Positions 63,960-64,000 of a stretch of 64,000 nucleotides of DNA are shown piece after piece; the first letter of the stretch is position 1; every line of letters starts with the position of its first letter. The stretch is from a bacterium (GTDB lineage: Bacteria; Electryoneota; JAOADG01). The stretch spans positions 224,001-288,000 of the forward strand of contig OY820579.1 in the NCBI GenBank assembly GCA_963681965.1. The letters run 5' to 3'. Below the pieces are notes generated by a model. It did not search any database, had not been told where the DNA came from, and saw nothing but the letters and a program-made list of their open reading frames with translations. Made by a program: the position numbers and the translations under genes.

Positions 63960-64000
63960 TGAATGAGTTTAAAACTGTAGTTCGCTCAAGATTCACTCAA

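Overview
Chromosomal 64-kb window from a diderm bacterium, probably a non-Bacteroidota member of the FCB superphylum. This is inferred from many cargo proteins with T9SS-type [YF]PNPFN C-terminal domains, a DUF4835/PorD-like gene, and a 16S rRNA that keeps its anti-SD tail; the exact phylum needs 16S placement. The window holds housekeeping and envelope genes (pyrimidine-nucleoside phosphorylase, GnnA-like dehydrogenase, GT4/GT9-like/GT-C glycosyltransferases, flippase, amidase, 5'-nucleotidase, solute symporter, dnaK) and about eight secreted CTD proteins. It also has an IS3 and an IS1595 element, a HepT/MntA toxin-antitoxin pair, a damaged beta-carbonic anhydrase gene and a complete minus-strand rRNA operon (16S, tRNA-Ile, tRNA-Ala, 23S, 5S). 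The best candidates for something new are: (1) an Rrf2(IscR-like)-IscS*-IscA operon with no IscU, whose 'cysteine desulfurase' lacks the PLP Schiff-base Lys and substrate-binding Arg but keeps the loop Cys; (2) a compact nitrite/NO module (CXXCH-type NrfA, NrfH, Crp/Fnr, Ric, hemerythrin-PAS) linked by three TTGA[TC]-N4-ATCAA boxes; (3) a sigma-54-type promoter on a solitary dnaK; (4) a 96-bp MITE/ncRNA-like element enclosing a GTAG-type REP; (5) a secreted pseudo-metalloprotease and a five-fold EYFFDxDPG repeat protein. All family calls come from motif recognition by eye; no database searches were run.
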